The notes under the pieces are model-generated. The model did no database searches and was not told the DNA's origin. It saw only the letters and a program-made list of their open reading frames with translations. From positions 6,973,751-7,037,750 of the forward strand of contig OZ037773.1 in assembly GCA_964035545.1 (NCBI GenBank): a DNA stretch of 64,000 nucleotides, written 5' to 3'. Positions 13,155 to 26,094 of this stretch are shown piece after piece. The first letter of the stretch is position 1. Each line of letters begins with the position of its first letter. Source of the stretch: Bugula neritina (taxonomy: Eukaryota; Animalia; Bryozoa). Made by a program: the position numbers and the translations under genes.

Positions 13155-14087
13155 TAAAAGCATGTTATGAAGCTTTTTGATTGAACACTATCAATATGCC
13201 TGTACGGAGAAAACCCCAAAACGGTAAAATATGCTAATAAACAAGCAGCTAGTTTCAATATATTTTCCATATTTTAGTACCCTTTCTTTTTTATATGCAA
13301 TATAGATAAAATGTACAGTAAATTTCTGTCATAGTTTTCTGCAATTGGAAGCACAACTCACACTTTTGGTTAATCTGCACCCCATGATAAAACACGACAT
13401 AGTCTTTCTTTTTCAACATATTAAAGTCCGTGTTACTTTTTAAGGGCTTACAATTTCTTACATTGCAAACTCTAATAAATTACTGCAATACTAAAATTTT
13501 GGCCTAATCCATCTCAAATAAAAAGGTTTAATCCTGATAACTTTTGATTGCTTGACCACCTATACAAAGCAATTCTACGGCACCTAGTAGTTATGCAAAC
13601 TCACAGCCCTGCAGCTGTTAACAATTTAAACAAACTTTTTATATGTTTTTAATTTTTATATCTATTTTTGACTTGGTTTTAACAATTTTTTTTTCAAACT
13701 GTTGCCTGATAAAAATTCTGTTTTAACATAATATATGTGGCATAAAATGCTTCTTCAGAAATTATATAGTTATGTAATCTTTGCAGCTAGCCATGAAATA
13801 CTAATTAAGTTATATAAGTTTTGCATGAGAACTGATTTTGAAATGCTTTGAGTAATCATTAGAGGGAGTCGAGAAATGCTAACATCTAATCGATGAAATC
13901 TCACGCTGCTAAGCTGACAAGTGCAATGACCCCTGCCGAAATCAATATTGACCTCCTGGGCAATAATTATTGAAAACATTTTTATTATTTTAAACAATTG
14001 ATACTTTAAAAATAGAAAAGGGGCTCTACTAACCAGCGAGCTTATGTAACCAACAGGAAATAGCAATGGGAAATATGTAGTCTTATA

Positions 14088-14258
14088 CACTGCGTTTCCA
14101 TGACTGCGCATAATGCGAATGAATACCCCGTACGGATTATTTGTGGTTTGTGGTTTGCATTAACTTATAGTTGCGGTTTCATTCGATGTAACCGTTTCCA
14201 TTAGCCATTAGCCGAATGAAAAAATCCATTCGCATAATGCGATAATGGAAATGCAGTG
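14088..14258. mobile_element. Short MITE-like inverted-repeat element
   Basis: Terminal inverted repeats cactgcgtttccat...gcataatgcgaatg / cattcgcataatgc...atggaaatgcagtg. TSD not clearly resolved. Confidence 0.55.
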
Positions 14259-16579
14259 ATATAAGCCTCAAACTTAGCGTCTGCATCTTTTTAGCAATTG
14301 GTGAACTTTATACATCTGTCAGCTTTATGAATGTACTAATACAAAGACAGGTTCAACGCACAGCCCCAAGGAATGTCTACTATACTAGACAAAACTTATT
14401 AACAAAAAATAAAAATTAGAAAAGAGTACACAGGAGACTTGCAACAGGGGAAAAGACAAAACAAAAGTGCATAAACAAAAAATTTGTAGAGAATTAAGAA
14501 GTAAAGGAACAAAAGTGGTAATGAATACACATGTATTAGCTTTTTACGAATACCTGTTGGTTATTATTAACCTAATTCGGAAGAAGCAAATGTGGCTGCA
14601 TTGGGCTAGCTAGAAAAATAATATATATTTTGATCGTGCAAATAATGTTACAGGTTTTGAAATTTGCCATTCAATACTACTATAAGGTGCATGCATTCAA
14701 ATCCAACTATAATTATAACTTAAATTAAATGAAACTATTAATTTGACGCATACCTAAATTCTCTGGCATTACCTAATTATGTTAGGTTGTACTAATTATT
14801 CAATTGAGTTGTAAATTGTTTAAGCTGTTCAAATTAGTTTCGATTAATTTTCTCGGAGATAGTAGGAAAATGTTTGCTATATCCAATAGCCAAAGTTGAT
14901 GTTGCATAGACGATTATTTAACACAAAAATATACTTAGTTGTGTGTAATATGTAATAATTGCAGTCACTATTCTCAGTCACAAAAGCTTTTGTGCTGTAT
15001 GCATGCACCATTGTTACATAACGTGCTGTTGTAGCATTTATAGAAGCAATCTGGCTAATGGCAAAGTATCTCCCACATAACAGACTCTGAAATATTCTAA
15101 TTGTATAAATTTGTATAAACAAAGACTAGCAGAAGTGATTCTTTTAAAGCACAGCACTTTTATTATAGGACTACTTAGGCGCTCTTTAGTCCATCATCTT
15201 TGATGGGGGCACCTGTAGCCAACACGATTTTATATAAATTCTCTCGAATAGACGATTTCGTGTGATTCTCACAAGTGTGTGGCCAGGCCTTATATGGGGT
15301 TCTACAACTCTGCATGTGTGCAACATCAATTCGTTATCATCGCGAGTTTTCACAGCATTATGGGTATCACTAGGACGTAAATTATTTTCATATAGATAAA
15401 TGTGAGTGCAGTGACTGTGTTTTTCATTTATTTTCTGATCTGCAGGCTAGCATAGACATTATAATATCAATAAAATATGTATTGATTTTTATATGAAATT
15501 TTAAAATGCAATTTAGTTTGCATATAATTGCAATTTATTATTGGTTAGCACAACATAACTATCTATCAAGATAAATATAACACTATAAGGTAATCTTCAC
15601 TTTGTTCTTATAAACACTTATATAAAGGTTATATACTCATTATCCCTGTGAGATCCCCTATTGGAAAGGGCTTGTTTAGAGCAGGCTAAGGAGTTATCCA
15701 TATGTAGCCCAGGAGCAATTGTAACATCACCAATGGCCTTTATAAAATAACAGTTATTCAGTTTTATTTCAACGGTTGCATTTGTTTCACTTTACTTTTA
15801 GTGATAAAGCTGGATACAAACCAACTACTATTGTATACTTCAAAACTAAGCATTTGCTTAGCAAGTTAACAATATTACAAATAATTAGTTTAGAAATTTA
15901 AGCTCAGTATAGTTTATTTAAATTTCTCAAAAACCTCAATAGTCACTGTGCCGTGTTTTCCATTCATTTTCTTATCGATAAGACAAATCTAAAACAATGA
16001 AAATTAATAATTGAATAACGTTCATCTCTTGAACTAGGTATAGCCATAATAAACAGTTTTCATTTAACTGAAATGTAGCAAACCATTTCTGTAAAATCAA
16101 TCGTTTATTTGATTTTCCTATTTTGGTAAATGAACACAATCATCACCATCGGAACTTATGCAGCAGACTTTGCAATGATTTTTTAATAATTAAACTTTTA
16201 AACTCAAACTGGTTATTTTAAAGTGAACTCAAAATAACTGTAAGCATGTTTTTGAAAAGGAAACTATAAAGGTTTCTAAACTCTGTTCAATTTATTACTT
16301 AAGAATATATGTATATCAATGTTATTCCATGCGCTATCTAATTAGATGTTTTATTCTAAGCTACAGGATAATTTGATATTATTGATTCTCACAAACAAAG
16401 CTTTAGATCTCAGACATTTTTCCTGAGTTTCTGCTTAAAGTTGCTTAAGACAGTGAAATTGCTATTTCAAGCAGGTTCTTGGAAACACAAGCTATGCATG
16501 ATAACAGTTTATTATAAATATTGGAATCTTGTTTTAATAAGCTTCATTTAATTCGAATGGACATCTGCAATCAGTAGAA

Positions 16580-19500
16580 ATGGAAATAGAGGAGATTGGC
16601 TTTGACAACTCAACTTTTTCTCTTTCTGACAAATCTAGCCAATTTGGATATTTTCATTTAGATTATATCATAGGTAACTTAATTATACTTATAAACTAAA
16701 AATTCAAGCATTCAAGTTGAAATATTTTAATAATATAGGAAGATATTGGTAGAATAATGCAAATATAATATAATATGACTATTTTATAGCATATTAATAA
16801 TATTACTATGCTATAAAATAGTTTAATGCTAATAATAAAAGCCAATGTTTAATGATTGAGATTAGGAAAGTAAAATGCAATGCTACATTAGTATTAGGCT
16901 GTCCATAATTTCATTCATATTACAATTTTTAGCACAAAGTCAAAAAATGTGTTTTAAATATTTGCAGGAGTTTTCCTGGCTATTCTTACAGTCGTGGGAG
17001 TCTTTGCCAATACATCAGTAATTGTGCTATTCACTCTGCCAAGTAGAAGGAAGATACATTCTAGAGTGACTAACTTACTGAGAAGTTTGGCAGTGAGTGA
17101 TGGAGCCATGGCACTCGTTGGTGGTACTATGTTTGCAGTCAACTGTTTCCACCACAAGTGGGTGTTTGGAAGAGAAGGTAAGAATACAGTTAGTAACAAC
17201 CATAAGTGGTGTTGAATATGATGATTGCAATGTTTCTGGTTGCCTAAGATGATCAAAACAAATAGGTGGACATACTATGAAATTTAAAATTGAAAAAGGT
17301 TTGACAGTATTCTTATTTATGTCACTATAATTCTTTAAAGGAAAAAATTGTTTAGAAGAAAAAGTGAATGCTCAAATATTTAGCCTTTTTTTCATGGTTT
17401 GTTTGACTTGAAATACAAGAGATAAAATCTTTGCCCTTACACACTACTTTGACTGCATTGTTTCACTGCTTCAATGAAATTATTTTGGGTTTTCTTTAAA
17501 TCTTCGAACTATTCTGCATGAAAACATCACAAGCTGTCACATAGCTGTCACATGTTGTCACATAGCTGTAATATACTGTAGCTGTCACAAATTGTAGCAT
17601 AGCAAGTTCATTTTCATTAGTGAAGCAGCGAGTAATGAACTTATAATAACAATTAAATACATTTAATTAGTTATGAAAAAGTCAATCTAACATTAGAAAC
17701 AACGCAATTCTTTTTAAGTATTATAATAATATGCTTTAGATTTTTTAACTTCAAAATGTTAAGTCATGCTCCAGTTGAAAAGAATACTTAAAATCCTTGT
17801 TTTCATAGTATTCTGTTTTTGATTATTGTGTGGTATTGTTTTATCTAGCATTTTTGTTTTAAAACATCTTCACCCTTGCATATAAGCTTTACAAAGGTTT
17901 TGAATTCTAAATACTAATTGAAGCTGTTGAAAATAAATAAATAATTGCGTGAAAATTAACAAATTATTTCTTGGATTAGCTGAGTCATTTAACCTTTGAA
18001 CTATAACTATAAACTATTATAGTTTCAGTTCAGTGCATGTAACCTATATATATGTAGAGTAAAACATATAACACTGCATTTACTTGATTTAATGTTGTTT
18101 TGTAGGCTGTGTTTTTTATGCAATGGTGATGACTTGCTGCGGAGTTACATCCATAGCCCTTCTTGCCGCTATAGCCTTAGAGAGATGCTACACCATGACG
18201 CATGTTCAATGGTCAGTTGCCAATAAAGACAGAGTACCAAAGCACATCTATGCAGCCCAAACAGTTTGTTGGGTTTACGGAGCACTCTGGGCTTTATTAC
18301 CTTTAACAGGTATTTTATCACAGAGCATATAATACAATATACAATAATGCACATACCTGCATGTTAAATTGCAAAATAATTAGCATACAATTAAAAGAAA
18401 ATGCACAATTGAAGGAGGTATAATTACCAAGAGCATGTGTGTGTATTACATAAATAATGTTTCTATTGAATTTACAAGCATTAGATAGGGTCACAATGCA
18501 TATAGTATGTCATTAGAGAAGCCCTACAGTTGATAAACATTCAGTTTTGAGTTACTACCTACTGGGAGAATAATTTTTGCTTACTCTACATTTCTCTGTT
18601 GCTATAATAAAGACGCAAACTATGTCGATAATTTGGTATAATTGATAATTTTATTTTTATTGGTTATGAAGAAGACATGCTGGACGTCTTTATAACATAA
18701 ATTTGTTTGTTTTTTAAGTTGTTAAAAGTTTTAATAACTTGGCAGAGCCAAATTAGAAATATGATATTCATACATTTAGCAGTTTTTTAGTCCTCTAGTT
18801 GCATAACATGTTTTTAATCACAGCTAGAATGTGAGCAGTTTTATTGTACAGAAAAAAGTTGTTGTTTACATTATGTCGTCAGTTATTGTTGATTCAAAAC
18901 AGCATGTTTACCATGATTTTAACCTTTTTGAGAAAAAAATAAGTTTAAAGATTTTAGTTAGTGTGATATAAACATTTGATTTTTACAAATTACTCTGTTG
19001 TTGACTGTTCTATAGCATGACTTTTAATTCCTTGAGGATTTATCTAATTTAAGAAATCATTTGAAAATACCAGCATTAACTAGCTGTGAAATTTGCCATC
19101 CAGAAAAGATGCTTATAGTCACTAATTGAAAAAAAAGCAATTTAGTTTAAGTTGATTGCTTCCAATATGATTCAAATTTATTATTATCCATATAATTTTA
19201 TATTGGGTTTTATTGTTCAACTTGCCATGCTTTAGTTTCTACTTCAGGGGTCATTCAACTTAAATTCATTTATTTTGCTATTGTGCATCAGTAGCAATCA
19301 GAAATGCATTGTAACATATGATATTGCAGTTTTAATTGTTTTAACTTGATTCAAGTTCACAATATGACCTACTTATGGTTAATCAATTCACATCTATATA
19401 ATGCATTTTAACCCTGGAGCTTAAAATTTATAATAAACATAATATACTTTTGCATTAAAGTGCTATATAGGCAAAAGAGCCTAAACCTGCTCGCAGGGCT

Positions 19501-22500
19501 TGTCATCCGTAATAATTTTGTCTCATTGCAAAATTTTATTTGCAAAAATATTATACTGCCTTTGGATTCCCTACCAGCAGCTTATGTATGAGTTATAGGG
19601 AAATCAAATCACCCTTTGTTGTTTACCAAAATTTTTACTTTTATTTACACTGTGCTGTACAGACATATGGTAGTATTATACTGTTTATATAAAAAAAATT
19701 CTGCTTTCAACAAAAGAGTAATATAACTTATTGGCTAATAAATGCCAAATATTGAAACATTAGGTAATGGTCAAATCAGAGTTTTATCTAAACCTTGATT
19801 TCATGTAATTGGCTCCATCTACTTTATTACAATCTTTTTTATTTTTTAAGATTTTTATATCGCTTAGTTTATAGCTCTACATGCAGTTTGTCATATATTG
19901 AAATACAGAGCTAAGCCCTCAACGTGATTCATTGGTATAACATTATCAAACCTACTATAAGGTTCCCCATACGATACCAATTTCTTTGAGAGACTCAACA
20001 ACATGCCTTTAACCTGTTGATGGATGCATCTGTCTACCTTACAGAATATAATTCTCATAAACTGAAAAATATCATGAGAGTAGATTGCGCATCTTCTAAA
20101 AATAATAAAATACTCTTGAAGAAACTCAGTTAAAGACAAATATTTCAGCAAGTAGCATTAGTTGAGTATTTTAACAAGGTAGCAAATAGAGTAATACAAA
20201 TTCTGCTTTGGGTAGACATTTTTTGTGTGGTGAAAAACGTGGAAGTTTATTGATAAATTTTGCAGCTGCTGGTTTTGCGTACAGTGTTTTTAAACTCTTT
20301 TATACTCTCTTGAGTTTTCAGTTATTTTGAATTTATTTTGAAGTTGTCTGTCATACAGCGTTGAATTCATTATTTTGTTGGGCTTTACAAAATGGGAATG
20401 TGTAGTGATTCCAATTTTATGCTCTGAAGCATTTCAGATCCGAACAAATTGACTCTAGTTACTTTAAAAAAAGGTTGAGCTACAATTTTTAATTGTCCCC
20501 CCCTCCAATAATTATATAGTGATGATTTTCAATTTATCATATTTATATTTTTATGATTGAATGAAAGCAAAGCCAGGTAAATAGTGTTGAATGCCAATTT
20601 ATCTAAAACTATAATTGTGTAACAATGTAACAGCAATAAATAGAAGGCAATATTTATAGAATAGACAGTAGATGCAAAATTTTGAAACCATTACTGGTGT
20701 TGAGTTCTAAACACCCGCATTAAATCATAACATGTTCAAAACAGTTTGTTAGATTAACTAAGTTATATATGTATAATGCTCAATTACATGTGTTTGGGGT
20801 TATGGTTTGACATTCTCATTGATTAGAAAACATTTTACATGCATAGCCATAAAATAATCTTCCATTCATTATCAACACTAATAAATCTAAAAATTTAAAA
20901 AAGCAAAGTCGTTGAAAAGAATTAAAAATAAGAAATATAAATAGACTTCGTAGGCATATCATCATTACAGTTACCATGCTAGCAATTTGAATTTTATTAA
21001 CTTTATATCTATAGGGTTACAGAGATACATATAAATGTGTAAAGCAATTATGACTGGATGCTCTTTTTAACATCACCAATGCCCTTTAATGGGCAAATGC
21101 TTTTTACTATTTGCTCTATTTGGCTTTAGGGTTACAGAGATACACTGAAGAAGGGAGAGTGTCTTGCTCATTAGATTGGTTCAACCCATCTCCTGGATAC
21201 AAAGCTTTCAACTTGACTATCCTGGTTGCTGTATTCTTTATCCCAGGTCTCATTATGCTCACCACAAACATCATCATATTCAAAGTGGTAACTACTTTTA
21301 TAGAAAACTAGTTAATTTTTTGACTGTTCGCAACTAAAAATAAATATAATTATGTTTTTAAAATGAATATAAGGTGTTTATATACAATATACCATAATGT
21401 TATAATGCAAGATAGAATACTATAATATATATTATAGCATCCTATTATAATGCTATTATATAGTACATATAATATGTGACATAGAATTCCACTAAATAAT
21501 TATTGCTGTTCCACTATAATTATTTTGTAGTAACCAAGTTAGGTTGACCTTGGAAAGGTCAACCTAACTTTAAATGTTTTTAAATTTTAAAAATTTAATT
21601 TTCTGGTAGTAAGATTTCATTTACTGCACCTAGTTTTGAAGTAACATTGTAAAAATAACATAGCAATACTAAATAAGTCAACCTGGGCTAAAGATAAATC
21701 TAAACTTTTTATTATAAATGAAATATAAATTATAAAAATAGACTATTAAAATAGATACCATATATTATTACATCATATTATATTATGTTATAATAAAAAC
21801 ATCATGTTTGTGTGTGCATGTGTGTGTATGTAATTTTATCATTGTCATATTATTTTATATAACAGTTTGCAAATACAAACTTCTATCTTCTTATTTAAAT
21901 ATTTTCAATTTGCAATCTAAAATCTGGGCCAAGCTTTCTGTAACTTATGAAATGCTTAATTGTAAAAAGCTGTAATACTAAAATGTGAAAATACAAAAGC
22001 AACTTTGTGTGCAGAGAAAACTTATTTACAACCTAATTTTAGGTTCATAGATCATTACTAGAGAACCGAAGGAGTCGTCTTCTTAAAACAGAAAAGAAAC
22101 TTGCCAGGAATCTTATGTATTCTGTAGGTTAGTACTGATACACACACTGTAAGGTGCTCTATAAATTACTGACACACACTTTAGGGTGCTCTATAATTCA
22201 GTGACCACACTGTAAGGTGCTATATAAATTGGTGATACACTTAGTGTAATGTATTCTATGAATTAATGAAACATTCGGTGTAATATGTTATATAAATCTG
22301 CGATACATCTAATGTTTTGCATTGCCTTTTAATGTAAATTTTCTTTTAGAAAGTAGGACTTATTACATTAAGCTTATTGCAGTGCACACAATTAGCTTCA
22401 TATGGAAAGTGTAATAAATATATTACATATTATATCAGGATAAAATATGGCTTTCACACCATGCAAGGTCATACTAAAAAATAGGTATTATAATACCAAA

Positions 22501-23819
22501 TCGATATTATATATAAGAGCTTAAATATTTAAATGCATTTAATATCCTGATGCAGTCAAATAATACATTACAGAGAATCTAACTTAATACAGATAGTATA
22601 TAATTGACTATACTTAAGCCATTATACTGGCCAGAGATGATAGTAAGAATTTATGTAAAAATATTTGTGTTGTAGTTTTCTACCTCTTAGCATGGGTACC
22701 ATATGGGCTGGCAAGTGTGTGGGCTACAGTAGATGCGCAGTCTATTCCAACTACATTTTTAATGTTGACAGGATTCTTTGCCAAATTATCTTTCACTCTG
22801 AATCCACTGCTGTACGTAGGGATGAACCGAACATACAGGTGAGACGGCGCATGTTTTGGCACTATTCTAAGTTCACCAGTTCAATAATTCTAAATACCTA
22901 ATGTCAAAGAGCGTAGTAATATATTTAGTCTTTATAAATATTTATGACATAAGAACTGTATACTATAAGTATAGCTACTATACGTAAAAGTATGATGTAA
23001 AAGTATACTATACAAATATAATGTAATTCATATCTAACAAATGTCACATAAACTGTAGTATTCAAACAATTCAATTGTGATGTAGTATCAATTCTTGTCA
23101 GAAAGTAGATATAACTTTTTTAGCCCTTCTGCTGTCTCGTTTGCTTTTAACATTAGCATCATTGGCTTTTTATGCCCAAAACGGGTGTTCAAAAATTTGG
23201 ACCCGCATATGGAGTGCCAAATGGTCACAAATTCACTTATAATTGCATCTCATATGCTTATAATAAAGTATCTAGCTATTATGATGACTAGATACTTTAT
23301 TATAAACATATGAGATGCAATTATAAGTGAATTTTTTACCATTTAGCACTCTATACCCGCATGAAAGAAACCCGCGTCGTGTGGCCCAACGCTTCGAGAT
23401 TCCTTTACCATTTTTTTATTTGAATGAATGCATATGGTTGTTAATTTACAGAGCTGAACTAATACAGATGTCAACTCAATGCTGCTGCCTAAATTTTCAA
23501 TTTCTCCAAAAGCTTCTAGCAGACAAAGAAGCTTCATCACAAAACAATGGTAAATGGCTCATAATAATATATAATCAGACATAACTCATTACTTGACCAT
23601 GATTATTGTTATTGCAATTTCTAAATTATCTTCTAAAGTACATGCATTCAACTAATGTTTCTTTTAAATTACAGCATAAGCTATTGAATATACATATGTT
23701 TGCTTTTAGACAAAACTGATGCAAGTGAGGAATTACTAGACAAAGATATGAACGAACCAACTCAGATGGAAAGACTTCCAAATTCTAAATCGTTTTCCAC
23801 AAAATGTTCTACATTATAA
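16580..23819 (+). CDS. Opsin (class A GPCR with retinal-binding Lys), about 373 aa, subfamily unassigned
   Basis: Exons 16580-16673, 16968-17177, 18106-18309, 21130-21287, 22043-22127, 22676-22838, 23452-23549, 23710-23819 total 1122 nt in frame. Motifs: N-glycosylation site NST, TM1 GVFAN, TM2 SLAVSD, WVFG..GC, LERC, RYTEEG..SCSLDW, AWVPY, FFAK (K296 equivalent at 22783-22785), NPLLY and a CCC cluster after helix 8. Confidence 0.93.
22135..22310. repeat. Degenerate ~40-bp tandem repeat after an opsin exon donor
   Basis: Unit like gacacacactgtaaggtgctctataaattact, 4-5 decaying copies. Confidence 0.7.
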
Positions 23820-25344
23820 AATTATGCATAGACTTGACGCATGATATCATAATAAGTAAAAGCAAAAAGATGAATCTTTGTCTTCTATTTCAAATATTGA
23901 ATAAATTTTGTTTAGTCAATTTGATTGTGCTCTTTCAAAAATATTATATTGTTAGTGTAACACTCTACAGAAAAATGTTATCATTTTTGAAACACTCAGA
24001 ATGTCATCTTTTTTTATTTGTGGAATATTCATTTTTCGAAATCTTAAAAAATATTTTAGATAATTGAAAGATTGCTTTATGTTTTTTATTGAACAATATT
24101 TTTTTTAAAATTGAATTTAATAGCCTGTCAGTGTAATAAGCTTCTCTTTATCGAAAATGATATGCTTTCATCCACAAGTATAAGCATCAGTTTGCCTCAA
24201 TAACCAATCATGCAGGTTTTAACAGCAAAAATTAAAGCTAGTACAACAATGAGAGATGGCAGGAAGAAATGTCTTGTTATTTGTTTTGATGAGAACTAGA
24301 ATAAACTATACAGCTTACATAATTTATATTATTACTGCTTTTTTTAATACTCTGTACATATTCTGCTTGACTACTTGCTACAATGTTACACTATAAGAAA
24401 CGAGACACTATTTTACATAAAATCTCACTTGTATAATGTAAATAGGTACAGGATAATGTAAGAAAGGGTTATCAAACTGTAGGATCTCTTTTAGTAGACT
24501 GTCTTCTTTATATTTTTATGCATATCTAGTATTTGGATCTGAAAAGAAATTAATTTTTTTTCAAATAATCATTGTTGCAATTTTATACTCACTAGCAGTA
24601 AAGTCATCATATCTGCAAAATTAACTAATAACTTTTGGGTCATTGCTCAAATTACAATAATTTTTATACAGTGGAATATCTTATGGTAGAATTTTATTAC
24701 AGAACTATTTATAGCTATAATTATATATGCACAATGAATATCATCAGCATAATACATTCCTAGTTATATCTGGATATATAATAACAGTCTGAATTACCTT
24801 AAATTTTTGCAATTAATTTTAACTATGGAGAGTTAACAGCCAAGTTTCTTATAATATAATAATTATTAATATATTCTTTCTGTCTTTGGTTGAATTTGCA
24901 ATTAAATCCCCCTTATATAGCAGCCTAGCCCAAGGATTTGCCTCTAGTCATTCCATGCCTCTAGCATCTACTGTCTAGCCACTAGTGTGCTTTAAGGATT
25001 TTCTAAAAGTGTACAATAAATGTAAATTCGTTTGTGTCTGTCCAAACTTGTTGGACATATAAATCTTCTGACAAAGTTTTAGGGACTTTTACAAAAATTA
25101 CATAATACAATTTATAATCGCCTTATAGAAATAACAAAGTACTTACGGTGTTACAGTTCAAAATTACCTGCACTGTTATAGATGAACAGGTGCCTATTGT
25201 ACTAGTCTAGGCACTGAACTAGAAATTCAGTTCATTGAGCCTAGAATAATAGTAATAGTAATAATCATTCAAAGGGTTAAAGTTAATAATAGATCACACT
25301 GTAATCATTATTATAAGCCATTATTGACCAACTAAAACCTACAT

Positions 25345-25450
25345 TTCAATTGGCTCACCGAAGCTCTGCTGATTGGCTAAACTCCGGGCACTTGTACTTT
25401 GGAAAACGCCTTGACCAATCTGAACCTACGGCAATTCGGTCACATGAGTA
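25345..25450 (+). promoter_or_regulatory. Putative Rab gene promoter: three CCAAT boxes plus an M-box/CLEAR-like E-box
   Basis: ATTGG at 25349 and 25372, CCAAT at 25415, GTCACATGA at 25439-25447, in a locally GC-richer patch about 650 bp upstream of the Rab ATG. Confidence 0.5.
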
Positions 25451-26094
25451 AACTTAGCCATGCTTTTAGTTTTATCATTATCATTGTGATCTCTGCAAGT
25501 TCTCAAAACAAATTTTGAGGAGAACATTCATTTTCGTATGAACTTTTTTGTATCCTAGGAGCTTTTAGTTCTAGTTTGCTTTAATATAGACGATTGAGAA
25601 TATTGAAATTATGATAATATAAGGCTTTGCGGTCGTTTTCTGATAGTAATTGTTAAGAACAATTTATTTTAATTTAACAAATTCAATTTGACTGTTGTAG
25701 AACTACAACTAGATAGTAAATTTAAAATACTGATGGTGATACTGATAGTAATAGTATTTATAGTAACTACTACTAGTACTAGTCTATAACTAGTAGCAGT
25801 AGACTACAGTAAAGTACCAATACTAGTAAATAAGTAATTGTAAAATAGTAATACTAATAGTAATACTAATAGTAGTACTAATAGTAGTAGCATCCTCCAC
25901 ATCCGAGTCTCAGTCTGTCAGTGTGAGACTGAGTGTTACTGACTACTTTGGAATTATTTTGAAGGCTAGTAATTGTTATAGTAATACTAATAGTAATAGT
26001 AAATACAATTACAATAGTGTCAATAAGTAAAGAAAAAGTACGCAATTTTATATTGCTGTGTGCAGTGATATAAATTTAAATTATAACCAACACT

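Noticed and set aside
97-23819. Luciferase-like enzyme near an opsin as a linked light-production and light-sensing module
   Set aside because: The only evidence is proximity (about 10 kb, with an unrelated gene between). ANL enzymes are common, no luciferase-specific feature is visible, and neighbouring animal genes are usually unrelated.
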